DNA of 64,000 nucleotides from Escherichia coli (GTDB lineage Bacteria; Pseudomonadota; Gammaproteobacteria; Enterobacterales; Enterobacteriaceae): NCBI RefSeq assembly GCF_013315695.1, contig NZ_CP054353.1; one strand, 5' to 3'. Shown piece by piece: positions 59,490 to 64,000 of this stretch (position 1 is its first letter; each line of letters starts with the position of its first letter). The notes under the pieces were generated by a model. It saw only the letters and a program-made list of their open reading frames with translations, ran no database searches and was not told where the DNA came from. The position numbers and the translations under genes were made by a program.

Positions 59490-61234
59490 TGGCCAAACTG
59501 CATTTTGTGAAGTTGCGCGTAAACGCCACGGTGCTCAAGCAAATCGTTATGCGTACCGCGTTCCACAATGACACCATCCTCGACGACCACGATTTCGTCT
59601 GCCTTTTCAATGGTAGACAAGCGGTGGGCAATCACCAGAGAGGTACGGTTTTTCTGCAACTCATCCAGTGCCGCCTGAATCGCACGTTCGGATTCGGTAT
59701 CCAACGCCGAGGTAGCTTCGTCCAGAATCAGTATCGGGCTATCACGCAACAAGGCTCGAGCGATAGCAATACGCTGACGCTGACCGCCAGAGAGCAGCAC
59801 GCCGTTTTCACCAATGACTGTATCGAGACCGTTATCCATCTTATTGATGAAGTCCATGGCGTAGGCCATACGCGCCGCTTCTTCAATTTGCTCACGGCTG
59901 TACTGTTCAGTCCTTGCGTAAGCAATGTTGTTGGCAACCGTATCGTTAAACAGATGGACATTCTGCGACACCAGAGCAACCTGGTTACGTAACGACGCCA
60001 GGGTATACTCGCGCAGATCGTGACCATCCATCAGGATTTCGCCTTCATCAATATCGTAAAAACGTGTGATCAGGCTGGCGATGGTTGATTTACCCGAACC
60101 AGAGCGTCCAACCAGAGCAACCGTCTTCCCTGCCGGAATTTTCAGGTTGATGTTACGCAATGCGGGTACGTCACGTCCCGGATAAGTAAAGGTGACATTG
60201 CGGAATTCCACGTCACCAGTCGCACGCTCGATCACGCGCTTACCTTCGTCTTTCTCCTGCTCACTGTCCAGAATGGTAAACAGCGTCTGACAAGCCGCCA
60301 TACCGCGCTGGAACTGGGCGTTAACGTTGGTCAGCGATTTCAGTGGACGCATCAGTGCAATCATTGAAGAGAAAACAACGGTAATCGTACCGGCAGTCAG
60401 GCTATCCATGACACTTGGGAAGCTTGCCGCATACAGAACAAACGCCAGCGCCAAAGAGGCGATCAGCTGAATGATCGGATCAGAGATGGAAGAGGCTGAA
60501 ACCATTTTCATCCCCTGAAGACGCATTCGGTTACTGACTTTATCGAAGCGTTTCGTTTCCACTTCCTGACCACCGAAAATCAATACTTCTTTGTGGCCCT
60601 TCAGCATTTGTTCAGCGCTGGTGGTCACCTGTCCCATGGTGTTCTGCATGTTTTTACTGATGTTGCGAAAACGCTTCGATACAACGCGAATCGCAATCGA
60701 AACAATCGGTGCCAGCACAATCAAAATGATCGACAGTTGCCAACTGTAATAGAACATCATGATGAACAGGCCGATGATCGACGCACCTTCACGCACAACA
60801 GTAATCAGTGCGCCGGAAGAGGAAGAAGCAACCTGTTCGGAATCGTAGGTGATACGTGACAACAGCGTACCCGTTGACTGTTTGTCAAAGAATGAAACCG
60901 GCATTCCCATCATGTGACCAAACAGGCGGCGACGCATGGTCATTACCACCTTTCCTGATACCCAGGAGATACAGTAGCTGGAGACATAGCTGGTGATACC
61001 ACGCAAAATCATCAGCCCGATCACCACCAGCGGCATCCACACCAGCACGGAGCGATCTGTTTTACCAAAGCCATCATCAAGAAGTGGCTTAAGGAGCGAT
61101 AACATGAAGGTATCGCTGGCTGCGTTGAGGATTAACGCTACGCCCGCCACGATCAGACCCGCTTTAAAAGGCGCAATGGTTGGCCACAGTCGGCGGAATG
61201 TCTGCCACGTAGAGAGATCTTTGTCGTTATGCAT
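59486..61234 (-). CDS. msbA: Lipid A flippase, ABC transporter MsbA
   Basis: 582 aa, Walker [10 protein letters not shown], signature [12 protein letters not shown] overlap with lpxK. Confidence 0.95.
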
Positions 61235-61270
61235 TCAAAAAACCAGCATTTGTTGAAATAGCCGCATATT

Positions 61271-63535
61271 CTACCCGTTATCCACTGGCACGCCAAACCA
61301 CTGATGATACCAACGAGGTAAAATTTGCTCTCTGAGGCTGCTAATCCGCCAGCCTTGCGCTGAAAAATTGACCGTCACTTGACCCTGATGTGGAGTATCA
61401 CCCCATTGATATCCTTGCTGTTGATAGCGATGCTTAACTTTGTTAGAGGGCAATCGCCATGCGTTATAGCGCGATGCCGATGCGAGTGCCACTTTTCCAT
61501 TCACTCGCTGAATTAATGGCAACGATGATGAGGTATTACTGCCATGGTGAGGTACCTGAAGCAATGTTGCCTGCACTTGCTGCCAGTAACGGCTTAGCAT
61601 CTTTTGTTCAGCGGGGGCTTCAATATCACCGGTTAGAAGAATGCTATTCGTCCCGTCATCAACCTTAACCACACAGGAATGGTTATTTCCTTTATCGTTG
61701 CTAGCTTGTAAAGGCCAGTGCACGCTGAAACGCAATCCTTGCCATTGCCACGCTTCGCCACGCACACAGGGCTGATGGTGTTCCCAGTTTAACGGACTTC
61801 TGATCCATAACATCGGCCATGTATGCAATATTGAGTCCAGCCCTCCCCGGTGATCCAGATGTTCATGACTCAGAATAACGCCTTCCGGTTCAAGATTATG
61901 CCAGTGGAGCCAGGGGATAATCAGTTGTTGCCCACTATCCCCTTCAGGCCAGGCCAGTCCCGTGTCATAGAGAATCGCTTTGCCGTTTCTGGCTATCACC
62001 ATTGCCAGCCCTTGCCCGACATCAAGCATGTACACTTGCCACTCGTCAGGTCGAGGTTTTTGCCACAGCGGCCAGCACATCAGCAAGCCTCCAGCCACAC
62101 ACATTGCTGGCAACGTTCGCCAGGCATTTAATCGCCATACCACCAGTAAGAACCATGGGGAAAATGATAGCCATTGCCAACGTTCAGCAATGTTGATCCA
62201 CCCTTCCGGCAAACTCTTTAACCCCCAGAAAAGTAAAGCCAAAGACCGGTCGGCAAGAAACCATAATCCCTCTTCCAGGATTAACGGCCCGCTTAAATGC
62301 ACAACCATAGCGGCGAGGATCAACGGAACCGTGATAAATGTCACCAGGGGAATTGCAAATAGATTTGCAATAAACGAGGTCAGACTAATGCCATGAAATA
62401 TGACGATTTGCACGGGCATAAGCAGGAGTGTGATTCCCAGTTGCAGATGGATGAGGGAAACAACTGCACGCAATACCGGCGGCAGTTGCCACTCAGGACC
62501 GGGAAACCACTGATACCAAAAAATCAGTGCCGCGACCGCAGCGGCAGAGAGCCATAAACTTTGCGAGAGAATGGCAACAGGATCCATCAGCAAAATTGCC
62601 GCCAGACAACATATCCATACATCCCAGCCACTCCACTGTCGCCCACTTAACTTAAGCATTCCCCACGTAGCAAGCGCCACCACGGTACGCAATGCAGGAG
62701 GTTGCATTCCCGTCAGCCAGGCATAAAAAGCAGCACAGCAGATTCCGCCAATTAATGGCATTTGCCAGTGGATCCAGCGCCCAGGCAGAAAAATTTGTCC
62801 ACTGCGAATGAGTCCGGCAGCCAGCAACGCCGCAAAAGCGATGTGCAATCCCGATATCGCCATTAAATGCGCCGTTCCAGTATCGCGCATGATATTTTTG
62901 ATTTCTTTAGGGACGGATAACCGTTCCCCCATACCTAAACCAAGAATAACTGCATTCCACGGATAGGGTTGCAGCGTTGTTTGTAATGACGCCAGATACT
63001 GTGCACGCAAGCTACAATTCGGTTCAATGACACTTGCCTGCAGAAAGCGGCCGGTGAGCGGCTGATGCTGGGCAATGGCATAACGCTGGCTATCAAAGCC
63101 GCCATCATTAAGTTGGCCATGAACTGCACGAACTTTGAGTTTCATTGACCATTGTTGTCCAGCACAAACCGCTTGCGGAAGATATTCGCCATACAGCACG
63201 AGGCCTGGCGCAGGGAATATACGTCGACTTTGTAGATGAGTGATTTGACCGTAATGAGTGGTCATGCCGTCAGTAGCAGTGATCTCAACTATTGCATCCT
63301 GCGTCGCGCCAGTTAAGGTTTCTCCTGCCCACAAAATTTGCTTTGCCGCTGATATGCCCCAAAGAAAAAACAGCAACGTCAGCGCGATATAACGGACGGC
63401 TTTAAAAGGGATAAATACCAGTACGCAGGCGAAGACAGTCAGAAACGCAAGGGTTAATGTCCCAGGCAATTGGGGCAAAACCAGCAACGGAAAAATTCCG
63501 CAAATTATGCATACGCCGACTGTCGTTATTTTCAT
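61271..63535 (-). CDS. ycaI: ComEC/Rec2 family membrane protein YcaI
   Basis: 754 aa from internal ATG (MKITTVGVCIICGIFPLLVLP...); polytopic N-terminus plus metallo-beta-lactamase-like C-terminal domain. Confidence 0.85.
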   Translation of the reverse strand: MKITTVGVCIICGIFPLLVLPQLPGTLTLAFLTVFACVLVFIPFKAVRYIALTLLFFLWGISAAKQILWAGETLTGATQDAIVEITATDGMTTHYGQITHLQSRRIFPAPGLVLYGEYLPQAVCAGQQWSMKLKVRAVHGQLNDGGFDSQRYAIAQHQPLTGRFLQASVIEPNCSLRAQYLASLQTTLQPYPWNAVILGLGMGERLSVPKEIKNIMRDTGTAHLMAISGLHIAFAALLAAGLIRSGQIFLPGRWIHWQMPLIGGICCAAFYAWLTGMQPPALRTVVALATWGMLKLSGRQWSGWDVWICCLAAILLMDPVAILSQSLWLSAAAVAALIFWYQWFPGPEWQLPPVLRAVVSLIHLQLGITLLLMPVQIVIFHGISLTSFIANLFAIPLVTFITVPLILAAMVVHLSGPLILEEGLWFLADRSLALLFWGLKSLPEGWINIAERWQWLSFSPWFLLVVWRLNAWRTLPAMCVAGGLLMCWPLWQKPRPDEWQVYMLDVGQGLAMVIARNGKAILYDTGLAWPEGDSGQQLIIPWLHWHNLEPEGVILSHEHLDHRGGLDSILHTWPMLWIRSPLNWEHHQPCVRGEAWQWQGLRFSVHWPLQASNDKGNNHSCVVKVDDGTNSILLTGDIEAPAEQKMLSRYWQQVQATLLQVPHHGSNTSSSLPLIQRVNGKVALASASRYNAWRLPSNKVKHRYQQQGYQWGDTPHQGQVTVNFSAQGWRISSLREQILPRWYHQWFGVPVDNG

Positions 63536-63690
63536 GCACCCCTCCCTGTTTATGGAAAGTGTGCAACTTTGTTGAGCGGTTGTCTGGTGGGAGTTTTGCG
63601 TTCCCCGAGGCACGTTCAGAAGAATTTAACGAGAGGGTGAAAACTGTTCAAAACTCTGCGAGACTGCTTCCAGTTCCAGATTAGAGAAAT

Positions 63691-63717
63691 GAAAAAAGCA
63701 CCCGACAGGTGCTTTTC
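63691..63717 (-). terminator. ihfB intrinsic terminator
   Basis: aaagcacc-cgaca-ggtgcttt hairpin with T-tract on minus strand, 25 nt past ihfB stop. Confidence 0.65.
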
Positions 63718-63741
63718 TCGCGTTCAAGTTTGAGTAAAAAC

Positions 63742-64000
63742 TTAACCGTAAATATTGGCGCGATCGCGCAGTTCTTTACCTGGTTTAAAGTGAGGAACGT
63801 ATTTTCCTTCCAGTTCTACTTTATCGCCAGTCTTCGGATTACGTCCGGTACGTGGTGCGCGGTAGTGCAAAGAGAAACTGCCGAAACCGCGGATTTCAAT
63901 ACGCTCGCCCTGCGCAAGAGTCGAGGCCATATGCTCCAGCATCTCTTTTACTGCATCTTCAACCGTCTTGGCGGGAATGTGCGATTGCTGGGTGGCAAGT
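63742..64000 (-). CDS. ihfB: Integration host factor beta subunit (5' end beyond window edge)
   Basis: C-terminal 86 residues of IhfB (...[66 protein letters not shown]); start codon lies past position 64000. Confidence 0.9.
   Translation of the reverse strand, partial: LATQQSHIPAKTVEDAVKEMLEHMASTLAQGERIEIRGFGSFSLHYRAPRTGRNPKTGDKVELEGKYVPHFKPGKELRDRANIYG

Overview
This window is a contiguous stretch of Escherichia coli core chromosome, read in the opposite orientation to the usual K-12 map. Gene order is yccU, yccT, mgsA, helD, yccF, yccS, sxy, sulA, ompA, matP, ycbZ, fabA, rmf, pqiCBA, uup, rlmL, ycbX, zapC, pyrD, the elf/ycb chaperone-usher fimbrial operon, an IS1, ssuEADCB, pepN, pncB, asnS, ompF, aspC, ycbL, ycbK, ldtD, mukBEF, cmoM, elyC, ycbJ, kdsB, ycaR, ycaQ, lpxK, msbA, ycaI and a partial ihfB. 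All identifications rest on my recognition of the translated ORFs and known operator sequences; no database search was run. I found no rRNA, tRNA, CRISPR array, prophage or defence island, and I do not see evidence for an undescribed multi-gene system here. The most notable departures from the reference arrangement are: (1) an intact 768-bp IS1 without a target-site duplication, sitting where elfA and the 5' end of elfD should be, leaving a promoter-less fimbrial operon remnant and only 133 bp of native DNA upstream of ssuE; (2) non-K-12 alleles of the porins OmpA and OmpF, with changes confined to surface loops; (3) a second, orphan terminator-like hairpin and a pair of direct repeats in the asnS-ompF intergenic region. 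Recognisable operator sites (LexA at sulA, FadR/FabR at fabA, PurR at pyrD, NadR at pncB, OmpR at ompF) and several intrinsic terminators are annotated. Gene starts were trimmed from the six-frame ORF track where the known protein begins at an internal start codon.
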